Positions 36,428-46,900 of a DNA stretch of 50,107 nucleotides are shown here, piece by piece. The stretch's first letter is position 1. Each line of letters begins with the position of its first letter. A model generated the notes under the pieces. That model did not search any database and was not told where the DNA came from. It was given only the letters and a program-made list of their open reading frames with translations. The translations under genes and the position numbers were made by a program. The DNA is from Candidatus Poseidoniaceae archaeon (GTDB lineage Archaea > Thermoplasmatota > Poseidoniia > Poseidoniales > Poseidoniaceae): contig JANXHP010000021.1 of assembly GCA_024958795.1 (NCBI GenBank), forward strand, positions 1-50,107, given 5' to 3'.

Positions 36428-37939
36428 TCACTCCTGCCCCGGGACGTGCTTTCCCGCAGGCTGCATTGTTTGTACATGGAACATTCTCTCAGGGCTAGCA
36501 TCTTTGTCCTCATCTCTTAACATCAAAACGAATACTGCAAGCCAGAAGATGGTTGTTACAATTGGAACGAAATATGGAATGCCATATGCATCCCACGCCA
36601 TACCACCAGCAACTGAATCAGACATTGCTGTTGGATCGAATAACCAAAGTCGGTAAATAACTGCTAAGACTAATTGGAGAACTGAAAGTGGGAGTAAAAC
36701 TCTCCAACCAAATTCTAGGATTTGGTCTGTTCTAATACGAGCCAAAGCGAAACGAGCCATTACGAATACTACTAGGAAAACAATCCAAGCCTTTACCAAA
36801 GTTACAACAGCACCTGGAATCAATAGATATAGTGAACCAATTCCTAATAATTCAATGGAACCAATTGTTCCTTGAAGTGGCAAATGCCATCCTCCTAAGA
36901 AGAAGTGAGCGAAGAGGAAACATGCAGCATAAGTTCTAATGTATTCTGCCATAAATAGCATACCAAATCTCATTCCACCATACTCTGTCCACCAACCTTC
37001 AACCAGTTCAGCTTCCGCCTCGGGCATATCGAAAGGTACTCGTTCAACCTCTGCTATCATCGTCAAAAGGAATAATGCGCCACCAAGTGGCATAAGGAAA
37101 ATATTCCATGCGCCTGCTGAATGTTGGAAGTGAATACTTTCAATGATATTGAATGTACCAGTGAGAATACTTACGCTCAACAAAGTTAGAAGAAGAGGAA
37201 TCTCATAGGAAGTAAGTTGGGCTGCTGAACGAATACCGCCGATGAGTGTATACTTGTTGTTACTGGACCAGCCGGCGAAAAATACACCAATAGGTGCAAT
37301 TCCGAAGATTGCAATAATGTATAATATTGACAATTCTGGATTTGTTGCATAAATTCCACTCGATAGAGGAATTAGTCCAAGAATTAGCAGTGTTGTAGAA
37401 ACGATAAGGAATGGAGATACTTCAAAAATCAACTTATCTGCACGTTGCGGAACCATGTGTTCTTTGAGAAGGAATTTCATTCCATCAGCAACATTCTGGA
37501 AGAATCCAGGCAGGATTGGCATACCCATCCATGAACGGTTATTGACGCGGTCAACCATTGCATAATTTTCATCTCGATTACCGAATTTAGAGTTTAACCA
37601 ACGATTGATTGCACCAACTGGTTTTCCTACTCCGAATGGAAGCATATTCCACCATTCGCCTGCAGTTTGACCATTTTCTCCAACCCAAAGGGAACGAAGT
37701 GCCGTAGTTGCACCACGGCGGTCTTGCATACGAGCACACCATTTTCTCTCAATCCAAAGTATTGCAAATTGGGAGAAGAATAGTAGTAAGAACACAACAT
37801 TAACAATTACGAAGGTTCCTAATCCAAACGAAATTACTCCAATTTGGTTTTCAAGAGGAGTTCCAGTCAATAATTTGACTGTCACATCATCAACTATGTT
37901 AAACAGTAAAGAACGTAGGTCATATACATCATCCATCAT
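36428..37939 (-). CDS. nuoH: Complex I-like subunit H
   Basis: ERKWCARMQDRRG, ADGMKFLLKE, GWSSNNKY, SYEIP, RVPFDMPEAEAELVEG; SD GAGGTGA before the ATG at 37939. Confidence 0.95.
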   Translation of the reverse strand: MMDDVYDLRSLLFNIVDDVTVKLLTGTPLENQIGVISFGLGTFVIVNVVFLLLFFSQFAILWIERKWCARMQDRRGATTALRSLWVGENGQTAGEWWNMLPFGVGKPVGAINRWLNSKFGNRDENYAMVDRVNNRSWMGMPILPGFFQNVADGMKFLLKEHMVPQRADKLIFEVSPFLIVSTTLLILGLIPLSSGIYATNPELSILYIIAIFGIAPIGVFFAGWSSNNKYTLIGGIRSAAQLTSYEIPLLLTLLSVSILTGTFNIIESIHFQHSAGAWNIFLMPLGGALFLLTMIAEVERVPFDMPEAEAELVEGWWTEYGGMRFGMLFMAEYIRTYAACFLFAHFFLGGWHLPLQGTIGSIELLGIGSLYLLIPGAVVTLVKAWIVFLVVFVMARFALARIRTDQILEFGWRVLLPLSVLQLVLAVIYRLWLFDPTAMSDSVAGGMAWDAYGIPYFVPIVTTIFWLAVFVLMLRDEDKDASPERMFHVQTMQPAGKHVPGQE

Positions 37940-37946
37940 AATCACC

Positions 37947-39086
37947 TCAACGATCTGTCTCTCCTATACAAGGGTCAAAACTACCCATTATCGCAGGAAT
38001 ATCTGCAATCTTATAGCCAATCATTGTATCAGCTACATATGGAATTGTAATGAACATAGGAGAACGAATAGACAATCGATATGGATTCTTACCGCGTCCT
38101 TCACCGCCTCCTTGGATGTAAAATTGTGATGCACCACGAGTACATTCGTAGTTGGAAAATCCAGTTGCACCCTCAGGAGCGCGTGTAGGTGCCTTTGTTA
38201 GAATCATTTCATCTCCAGTCGAATAGTTGGTATTCTTGCCACCAGGTATTTTCTCTATTGCATCCAGAATCATTCTGCTAGATTGTCGCATCTCTTCTAT
38301 TCTAACTCTATATCGGTCATAGCAATCAGCACCCTTTACAGAAGTAGGTTTCTCAACTGCAGGCTCCCAGTCTACTTGGTCGTAAACCGAATATGGATGG
38401 GACCAGCGAACGTCATAATTGACACCAGCTGCACGAACATTCGGCCCTGAGACTCCTGCATCGACCATATCTTCCGCCTTTGCATATCCTACACCTTGCA
38501 AACGTACTAACCAAATTGTTGATTCATCGAGTAGCATTTCGTATTCTTCAATTCTCTTCTCAAACAATTTGACCTTAGCGATTAAACGCCCAGCGAAACC
38601 GATTGGAATATCTCGCTTAACTCCACCAATACGAGGGTAATTGTAGTGCATTCTTGAACCACCGAGTTCTTGAAGTAAATCCAGGAACATCTCTCTATCA
38701 CGCATACACCAAGTCATCAATGTTAGAGAACCAATATCTGGACCAAATGCTCCCAACCACATCAAATGTGAAGCAAGACGTTGTAATTCTGCAGAAATCA
38801 AACGAATGAACTCTGCTCTTTCAGGAACTTCCGCTTCTAGCAAATCTTCAGCAGCATAGATGTATGAGTTTGCCCATGTCATTGCAGATACATAGCAAAG
38901 ACGGTCGCAATAAGGAGTGATCTGGGTGAAATCACGTGCTTCACATATCTTTTCAACGCCACGGTGAATGTAACCAAGTTCAGCATCAGTATCAACGATA
39001 GTTTCTCCATCAACCTTGACTCTTAGAGTCCAAAGACCATGCGTCATTGGATGTTGAGGTCCCATTGTAATCCACATTTGTGCCAT
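37947..39086 (-). CDS. nuoD: Complex I-like subunit D
   Basis: GPQHPMTHG, GYIHRGVEK, DRLCY, ELQRLASHL, DPCIGETDR; no NiFe-binding CxxC pairs. Confidence 0.95.
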   Translation of the reverse strand: MAQMWITMGPQHPMTHGLWTLRVKVDGETIVDTDAELGYIHRGVEKICEARDFTQITPYCDRLCYVSAMTWANSYIYAAEDLLEAEVPERAEFIRLISAELQRLASHLMWLGAFGPDIGSLTLMTWCMRDREMFLDLLQELGGSRMHYNYPRIGGVKRDIPIGFAGRLIAKVKLFEKRIEEYEMLLDESTIWLVRLQGVGYAKAEDMVDAGVSGPNVRAAGVNYDVRWSHPYSVYDQVDWEPAVEKPTSVKGADCYDRYRVRIEEMRQSSRMILDAIEKIPGGKNTNYSTGDEMILTKAPTRAPEGATGFSNYECTRGASQFYIQGGGEGRGKNPYRLSIRSPMFITIPYVADTMIGYKIADIPAIMGSFDPCIGETDR

Positions 39087-39096
39087 GATATTCACC

Positions 39097-39750
39097 TCAC
39101 TTTATGCGGCCCTCGTCCGCAGATTTACGACCAAATCCTTGAGCGTCGTCATACATTTCGTTATGTCCGTGATATCGCAACTTGTGTTGCTTTTGTAACG
39201 GATGGAATTCGTCTGGGCTATCATGTGGGTTGAGAACGCGATGCATGTTTTCATGGCCTTCAAAGTTAATGCCCACCAAGTCCCATGTTTCTTTTTCATT
39301 CCAATCAGCACCGACCCAAATGCTTTGGATTGATGGCACAGTAGGAGTATCTCCTTGTTCAATAGCAATTCGAACTTCAAATTCTAATGGAATATCATCT
39401 CCACTCAAATTTTCAGCGATATGAGTAGTATTGGTATGTGGTTCTACGTTTGATACTGGCATACGCATCATGTGGTATGCAACTTCCCAGCCCCTCTCAG
39501 CAGGTCCATCTGGGAAGTGTGTTCCAGTAATCATTGAGCAATAGTTTACGGATAAATCATATTTCATGTATTTTGCAACTGCTAACCAATGTTGAGGTGT
39601 GGCGTTGATTCTAACAAATGCCATCTTAAATGAGTTTGAATGGTGTTCGACAGTAGATTCCACACCACTGCCTGAGAAACGTTCATTCAATGACGCAACA
39701 CAGGATTCTGCAGCATTATCGCTTTGTTCAAGCGTAACTCTCATCCCCAT
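39097..39750 (-). CDS. nuoC: Complex I-like subunit C
   Basis: PSIQSIWVGADWNEKETWDLVGINFEGH, HPLQK. Confidence 0.9.
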   Translation of the reverse strand: MGMRVTLEQSDNAAESCVASLNERFSGSGVESTVEHHSNSFKMAFVRINATPQHWLAVAKYMKYDLSVNYCSMITGTHFPDGPAERGWEVAYHMMRMPVSNVEPHTNTTHIAENLSGDDIPLEFEVRIAIEQGDTPTVPSIQSIWVGADWNEKETWDLVGINFEGHENMHRVLNPHDSPDEFHPLQKQHKLRYHGHNEMYDDAQGFGRKSADEGRIK

Positions 39751-39752
39751 CT

Positions 39753-40346
39753 TCAGTCATCTCCTACAATAATTGGCTTCTCACCATCACGACCTGTGCT
39801 TGGAGCACCACCTATGCGAATTATCTTTTCTCGAAGTAAACCAAATCCATCGATTAATGCTTCTGGGCGAGGAGGGCAACCAGGGATGTAAACATCGACT
39901 GGAATTACAGTGTCCACTCCTTCTAAGATGTTGTAGGATTGGAAGTATGGTCCGCCTGAAATTGCACATTCACCCATAGCAATGCAATATTTTGGCTCAG
40001 GCATTTGTTCCCAAAGACGAACGATTTTATCAGCGAACTTCTTTGAAACTGGACCATTGACCAACAAGACATCGGATTGACGAGGTGATGAACGGAACAA
40101 TACTCCGAATCTATCACCATCAAATCTAGGCGTTGCTGCTGCTGCCATTTCAATAGCACAACACTTGATTCCCAAATGCAGTGTGAATAATGACTTACGA
40201 CCAGCCCAATTGAAAAATCGCCCCGCTAATACTCCGAGGAATTGCTTGATCTTTGTCGCCTTTAGTGCCTCATCGGTGACATCTCCGACCATTTCCACTA
40301 GCGCTCTGCTATTGAAAGCTGCAAAATTCTCTCCATCACTAGACAT
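39753..40346 (-). CDS. nuoB: Complex I-like subunit B
   Basis: CCAIEM, SPRQSD, MPEPK, MGECAISGG, DVYIPGCPPRPEAL. Confidence 0.96.
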   Translation of the reverse strand: MSSDGENFAAFNSRALVEMVGDVTDEALKATKIKQFLGVLAGRFFNWAGRKSLFTLHLGIKCCAIEMAAAATPRFDGDRFGVLFRSSPRQSDVLLVNGPVSKKFADKIVRLWEQMPEPKYCIAMGECAISGGPYFQSYNILEGVDTVIPVDVYIPGCPPRPEALIDGFGLLREKIIRIGGAPSTGRDGEKPIIVGDD

Positions 40347-40357
40347 AATATTTCACC

Positions 40358-40843
40358 TCAAATGTAGATGCGCCCTCTCTTGCGGAATACATACCAAACT
40401 CCAGCAGACATAGTACTGAAGAATATTGCTAGAATCATCATTGCCATCTTGGCATCCTCAACAGCAGTTCCACGACTGTTTTCAGTTAGTTCTGGTGAAG
40501 TAGCATTACCAACGACCATTCCTCCGAGTACTAAGAACATGAATGCAACATCAAAAACTAAGAAAATAATCGCATACCAATAATATTGAAAGTGAAATTG
40601 GATCATTGCATCCCCTACTGGCTCGCTACCACATTCAAAGGTGGTTAAACGACGTGGATAGAGGCTGTGATCAACTTCATACCCCTCCAAAAGATAGGAT
40701 TTTGTGATGTGTGGTCGAGCGGGATCAACCTTTGGCCTAACTACCCAAGTAATGAGGAAATTAGTCAATGGCATGATTATTCCAAGAATGGCTAAAAAGC
40801 CAATTGAAAGATAGGCACTAGGAACCGATTCTATGCCGGACAT
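40358..40843 (-). CDS. nuoA: Complex I-like subunit A
   Basis: TFECG, QYYWYAIIFLVFDV; SD GGTGA before the ATG at 40843. Confidence 0.92.
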   Translation of the reverse strand: MSGIESVPSAYLSIGFLAILGIIMPLTNFLITWVVRPKVDPARPHITKSYLLEGYEVDHSLYPRRLTTFECGSEPVGDAMIQFHFQYYWYAIIFLVFDVAFMFLVLGGMVVGNATSPELTENSRGTAVEDAKMAMMILAIFFSTMSAGVWYVFRKRGRIYI

Positions 40844-40999
40844 AATATCACCATTGCACATAGCATACGCTGTGTGATTTGTCCGACAGGAAGACTGTCC
40901 ATAAGCGTTACCAAATGGGCCCGCTACATTGAGTGCCTCAGTACCCCTTTTAGACTCACAATGCAATAATTTTGTATTCGGCATCTAAGAAGCCGAGAA

Positions 41000-43876
41000 T
41001 CATGGTTTTTTACGCATTAAATATGCAACTAATAATGAAAATACTAATCCACTCGCAATCCACATAGTAGTGCCATTACTCAACGCTCCACCGAAGAGCC
41101 CGGTATCTTGCTGACTTTCAACCGTAAACTCAATGTTTTGACGATTGACTACTCCTGTTTCAACTGGTTCTGAAGAAAGTGTGAACTTGAATGTATCTTC
41201 CATTTCCGCACCGCTTGGAGGACGTACGATCACTTCGACAAGCACTGAAGCACCAACATCTATCCAGCATAGTAATTCTCCTCCATCAGGGATGCATTCA
41301 AAATCACTATCGAGAGATACGCTCCAACCACGTAAATTTTCAGATGCGAATATTCTCACTTCTGAGCGTATGTTACCAGTATTGTGCAATTCAATTTCAA
41401 ATTGTGTCTTTTCCGAGAATGAAACCTTGTATTCTGTATCAATATTTTCATCCATAAAGGTGAGCTCATAAATAATTTGTACATCTAATGCAACCGTAGC
41501 CCTTCCAGAACGATTGGCAGAATTTGACTCACTCATTACCACTATTTCCAACACTCCACCATCTCCAGTTTCAGCACTTGGATTAACAATGAGTGTAAGC
41601 AAAAAGTATTGTTCAAATGGTCTTGCTTCATGGCCAACCATCAAATCTAATTCTAACATTCTAGATTCAACACCACTTTTACTAGATTCAGTGACTGGTG
41701 TTCCGGATTGGTCAATCGCAAATTCTCCTCTTGTAAGATTCCAAATCCCATATCCAATTGGGATTTGTACCGGGTCTTCAACCGCCATACCATTCATCCT
41801 CAATGTCCTAGTTGCAAGCCCTTCTAGTCCACTGATTTCAAAGACAGCATTATCTCTACCATCGCCTGTATTCTTGACCCAGACGCCGTATTCTTTGACA
41901 CCATTTGGAGCGAGTGTTGCCATACCAGTACGCCCATCTAGGCCACCATCTTCTAATCGAAGATCCATCTGGAAATTTCTATCCGATTGTATTGCAAGCA
42001 TGGTCAATTCTCTTTGGTTATCCGGTATACCATCCTCATCCAAATCTTGTGAATTTGTATCATCTTTATTGGTAATTCGAATGGTTAATCTGGTACTGTC
42101 TAATTCTTCCTCACCATCAATACTCACTACGAGATAGACGACCATTGTAGACCTAGGCGCAATATCAATTTCTGTAAATTGGTTTCCGTCAGCATCTTCG
42201 AATGATGTTGCCCAATTAGGTGTAGATGTTTGTGACATTACTGCACATCGGAATGTGTCTTCTACATTACCGCGATTCTCAATTGAAATCGGGAATCTAA
42301 CTTCGGTATCAGAACGACCAGTTTGGTCTTCAATGCTAGAAACTACATCCATGCCGTGGTTTGCGGCAACTGTAACCGATAATGTAATCTCAGCGAAAAC
42401 AATTCCTCCATTATTGGACAGTACAGATAGCACGATTTCTATTTGCTCATCTGCGAGTGCATCAAATGGTACATTCACTTGAACTTCAACATCTCCACTT
42501 CTTTCGCTTCCATGCTTAGAACCGAGTGTTATCGATGATTTTGATAGTTGAACACTCCAGCCTTGTGGTGGTGATGATGAAGATATTTTGAAAGTATCAG
42601 CACCGTTACCTTGGTTTGTTACTGTCAGTGTTGTAGTGCCATTATCTCCTGGTTGGATATTTGGTAATAATGAACTAACTAATGATAGTGAAGCATCATG
42701 TGATTGACCCAGAATAATTCTAATGTCCTGTGTACACTTAACGGAACTACTTTCTTTGCCTTGAATTGCAACAACCGATTCTGACCCCGCTTCAACGGAA
42801 TCATCAGGATTAACTTTTAGATTGAAAGTTTTTGTTCCAGATCCACCATCATATTCAAGCAATCCTGAACTTGCACCATCAACACTTACCCATCCGGCTT
42901 TTGAACCAGATTTCCCAACTGTAATCGTCCAATCTACATTTCCATCATTTGTGAAAGTTGCAGAGAAAGTCCCCTCAGCACCAGGTGCTACAGTAATGGA
43001 GCTTTTACTCAGACTCATTGAACATTCGTGCAATTCTGGAACTGTTAAATCAAATTCTTGTGTATCGGTTGTACCTTGTGATGGGTCGTTGCTTACTAAA
43101 CCATCAACATCCCAACAATACTTGTCTGCTGCTTGTCCTTCTGGCACTTCAACTGAAACGGTTACAAATTCACTTTCATTGGCATCAACACTTACTGAAG
43201 ATTCACTTAGAGTAACGCTAATAGCTCCTGCATTAGAACAACCAGGACCGGATGCTTCGTTAGTAGTCAAAGTGATTGTTTCATTTGTTTGACCAGTATT
43301 CTCAACCTCAAGGCTGTATTCAACAACACTTTCACCACCCCAAGTTTTTGAAGGAGATGACATCTTCAAATCTACACCAAATACTGCACTACCAGAACCA
43401 TCACCAGCAGTAGTAGTAACTGTTGAAGTTTCTTGGGCTGGAGCACCTGGTACATCTGGAGGTGTTGCTTGTTCGTTCGCGGAAACAGTGACAGTGGTAT
43501 CACAACTACCCTCTGCTGTTTGAGTCAATGTTACATTCATTGCTGTCTCTTCATATGTTCCAGCATCAATTTGACCAGAAATTTGACTCGCTTGTGAAGA
43601 GTATTGGCCACATTCTTGAGTTCCTTCTTCACTTGAAGAGATTGTCACTGTCACTGGATTTGAACCTGTGTTACGAACACGAATTGTATATTCTCCCGAT
43701 TCACCTGGATTTATTTCCAAACTATTTGGGATCATTGTGACAGTTATTGAAGCGTCACGTGCCCCATCCGCAGAAACGGCTGGAGCCATAATAGGAATCA
43801 AAGAGAATAACAGTAAAGCCATTAGGAAAATAGCAGCCTTTGACTGCTTCCTTGTCTGATGTTTACGGGAGTCCAT
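41000..43876 (-). CDS. Large secreted multi-Ig-like surface protein (COG1470/NEW3-like repeats) with C-terminal TM
   Basis: Signal peptide; repeated x-PG-x...V-x-N-x-GN modules and GW-x-V motifs; C-terminal TM followed by RKKP. Start moved to 43876. Confidence 0.85.
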   Translation of the reverse strand: MDSRKHQTRKQSKAAIFLMALLLFSLIPIMAPAVSADGARDASITVTMIPNSLEINPGESGEYTIRVRNTGSNPVTVTISSSEEGTQECGQYSSQASQISGQIDAGTYEETAMNVTLTQTAEGSCDTTVTVSANEQATPPDVPGAPAQETSTVTTTAGDGSGSAVFGVDLKMSSPSKTWGGESVVEYSLEVENTGQTNETITLTTNEASGPGCSNAGAISVTLSESSVSVDANESEFVTVSVEVPEGQAADKYCWDVDGLVSNDPSQGTTDTQEFDLTVPELHECSMSLSKSSITVAPGAEGTFSATFTNDGNVDWTITVGKSGSKAGWVSVDGASSGLLEYDGGSGTKTFNLKVNPDDSVEAGSESVVAIQGKESSSVKCTQDIRIILGQSHDASLSLVSSLLPNIQPGDNGTTTLTVTNQGNGADTFKISSSSPPQGWSVQLSKSSITLGSKHGSERSGDVEVQVNVPFDALADEQIEIVLSVLSNNGGIVFAEITLSVTVAANHGMDVVSSIEDQTGRSDTEVRFPISIENRGNVEDTFRCAVMSQTSTPNWATSFEDADGNQFTEIDIAPRSTMVVYLVVSIDGEEELDSTRLTIRITNKDDTNSQDLDEDGIPDNQRELTMLAIQSDRNFQMDLRLEDGGLDGRTGMATLAPNGVKEYGVWVKNTGDGRDNAVFEISGLEGLATRTLRMNGMAVEDPVQIPIGYGIWNLTRGEFAIDQSGTPVTESSKSGVESRMLELDLMVGHEARPFEQYFLLTLIVNPSAETGDGGVLEIVVMSESNSANRSGRATVALDVQIIYELTFMDENIDTEYKVSFSEKTQFEIELHNTGNIRSEVRIFASENLRGWSVSLDSDFECIPDGGELLCWIDVGASVLVEVIVRPPSGAEMEDTFKFTLSSEPVETGVVNRQNIEFTVESQQDTGLFGGALSNGTTMWIASGLVFSLLVAYLMRKKP

Positions 43877-43963
43877 GACTCCCGCACAAGCCATCACTAT
43901 CATAAGGCTATGCTCAGTTGTGTATAAAATTGATATTTGTGAGCAATTTTTTATTTTCGGACA

Positions 43964-46900
43964 TTATTCTTTTATGAATTTATTTGCAGGTGCTTGACAG
44001 TTATTACACAGTTCCAATTTTGAAATGTCGCAATCATCTCTTGCAGTTCCGTGATATCTTGCACCACAGGAAGGACATCCCAAAATATCCTCTGAAACAG
44101 GCGACTTGCATATCCAACACATCACCATTGGTTCTGTGCTATTTTGTTGTTCAACTTCATTCGTTGGTAGTGGCTGAATAATTTTAGGTGGTATGAATGA
44201 CTGTGATAGTGGTGCAGCTATTGATGCTGCAATTTGATTTGTTAAAGGCGAAGTAAGATTGTTAATTGGCTGCAATTCTTTTTCGCTAGTAGTCAAATTA
44301 TTTCTATACAATACTACCCCTATTAATGATAATAATACTAAGATGATAATTATTGCAACCCCGTTATTGATGAATGATTCACTTGAAGTCCCTGTAGGCT
44401 CACCTTCAGCATTGACATCAAATGAAACACTCGGATTTGAAAGCAAATGTGATTCTTCAAATTGTAATGTGATAGTTCCATCACCAGGCCTATCAGCCCT
44501 CACATTGATTCTAACAATCTTTGACTGACCTGCTTCAAGAGAGATGATATCATTACCGGTTACCTCAGAAAACCAATCCTTTGACGCGTTGGCATTGATT
44601 TTATATGACCACGCTACATTACCAGAATTTGTTATTTCAATTGATACCGTTTCTGTGATTCCGGTTTTGAATTCTTCAGTTCTACTCACATCCCAAATAG
44701 CAGATTCTACCGATGCAACATACAAACTAATTTGTTCAATATATTCTACTCCATTTCCTTCCAATGTTACTGTGAAGGTAGGTTCACTAGCTGGAGCCAT
44801 ATTTCCTGAAATTAGAATTGAACATTGTAGTAATTTGAACTCTAAATATCCTACAACTCCAACGCTTTGGCACTCACCAAATAATCCCGGATCTAATAAT
44901 AAAGAAAGGGAAGGCTCCCAATCAACATCTGCATTGTTGCCTACTAGCCAAGTAAAATTGAGACTCTCTCCACTCGGATGTGAACCTGGACCTAACGGGT
45001 GTTCGTAAGTAGTACCATCTGCAAATTGAAGAGTTGTGAAATCTAAAGTTGGTTGTGCTAATATTTCAACGTCAATATAACCTGTCCATGAATATCTGTC
45101 TGAGCCATTGTCTAGATTGAACTTTACTTCTCCTGATTTTCCTAAACCTTGAGAATTGACTACTACTATTATGTTAGAAGTAGTTGCCCAAGGTAATTGA
45201 ATTACATCAGTTGAAGAAGCCCACTGCCAACCACTTGGTAATTCAATAGAAGGCGTCAAACCTAAATCGATATTTCCACTATGCTGGATGCTAAACATTA
45301 GACTGAGGCTAGAATCTGGCCTCAATTTGCCAAAGTTATTCTGCAAGTCAATATCAATTTCTCTAATCTCCATTACTTTAATTGGAATATTATAAACATA
45401 GGAGACTGGGTTTTCTGTTTGTGAAACTGCAGTTAATTTCACCATTCGCTCAGCACCTGCTCCAGTCATCACCTGTGGTGGAGTGAAAGTAATTCCGATG
45501 TTTTTCTGTCCATCTTGTGCAATCAATCCGGTTGAACCGGAAATCGCACCTGGCTCACTACCTAAGTCATCAAATCCTGCTTGCCAACCTGCTGGAGCTT
45601 CTAAGAAAAGATCGTAGCCAATATTGTCATTACCAATATTGAAGAATCTAATATCCATACTTGTTGTATTGACTGGATGTACTGGAACGATTTGATAATC
45701 ATATTCAAGATTGACTTTAGAAAGACTTGGAACTACCAAATCTAGGGCGTATGGATAAGTCACTCCATTATCCACATCAATACCGATCAAACTAATTCGA
45801 TATGTTCCTGGGTCTGGAGGTGTTGGGTGAACTAATGTTACCGTAATCTCAGCCGATTCTTGCCCTGCAAGCGAGTGGTTTGATTGTGTTGTTCCAACAT
45901 ACCAAGAAATTGCCACATTATTTTCCACATGAATCAAACTATCAACCAGCAATGAGGCATTGGTCGCAATCAATGCTGTATTGGTCAGAGAAACATTCCA
46001 TGATGTCGCAGATGACTGAGTGTTGTCAAGTGTTGTTATTTGTGTTTCACTTGACAATTTCACACCGGGTGCAGTAACGTTTACAATAATATTATGTTGA
46101 TTATTATTTTCAGGTATTTCTTCAAGGTTTTCATCGGGGTCTATCGTGAAAGAAAGTGTTGATTGGCCAGCAGTTGCTGGTGTCCATGTCCAAAACATGG
46201 ACTTAGTAGAACCTGCTCCCAAATCGATATTCTTACGAGTAATCTCGGTTGAATCAACAGAGAATACAACATCGAAGGACTCGGCTTTCACATTTCCAGC
46301 ATTGAATACTTTAGTCTCAATGTGAACTGGATCGCCTACTTGAGGAATGCTAACATCCATTGAAAAATCATTGACCATCACCATCGGGTCAGGCCGTAAA
46401 TCGTTAACACCATGGCCCATTACTGCGATAGAATAAGTTTGAGCAGAACTGCCCCCCTGATAGGTATTTTTCGCTTTTACAGTCCATACTCCACTCATTG
46501 CATTATCCAATAATACAACTTCCATGTTATTGGTATCATCTGCACTTCCTCCTGTGGTTGAACGACCATTTGCAAAATCATTTCCTTTGTATATTGTTCC
46601 ATCTGGAGAAGTAACAATCAAATCTAAATTATTAACTAATTTTTTATTTGAAAATGTTGACCCTCTCTCATCTGACCAAGCCAATACAACCTTGAATTTT
46701 CCATTATTTTGTGTCAAATTAAATGAATACGATTTGGAATTTCCAGTACCTGAAAGTACCGACCTATCATCAACCCAAATCCCTTGGCCGCTTTGAGGAG
46801 CAAGGGTTTCTCTTAGATTGATTCGACCCCAACCTTCATCATCATTTGGAATATCTCTAGTTCCGATATCTTGAGCCCCTAGAACTAACAAAGCCTTGAC

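Noticed and set aside
37947-40346. Group 4 [NiFe]-hydrogenase
   Set aside because: The large subunit lacks both Ni-binding CxxC motifs, the small subunit has the complex I CC motif, and nuoA/J/K are present.
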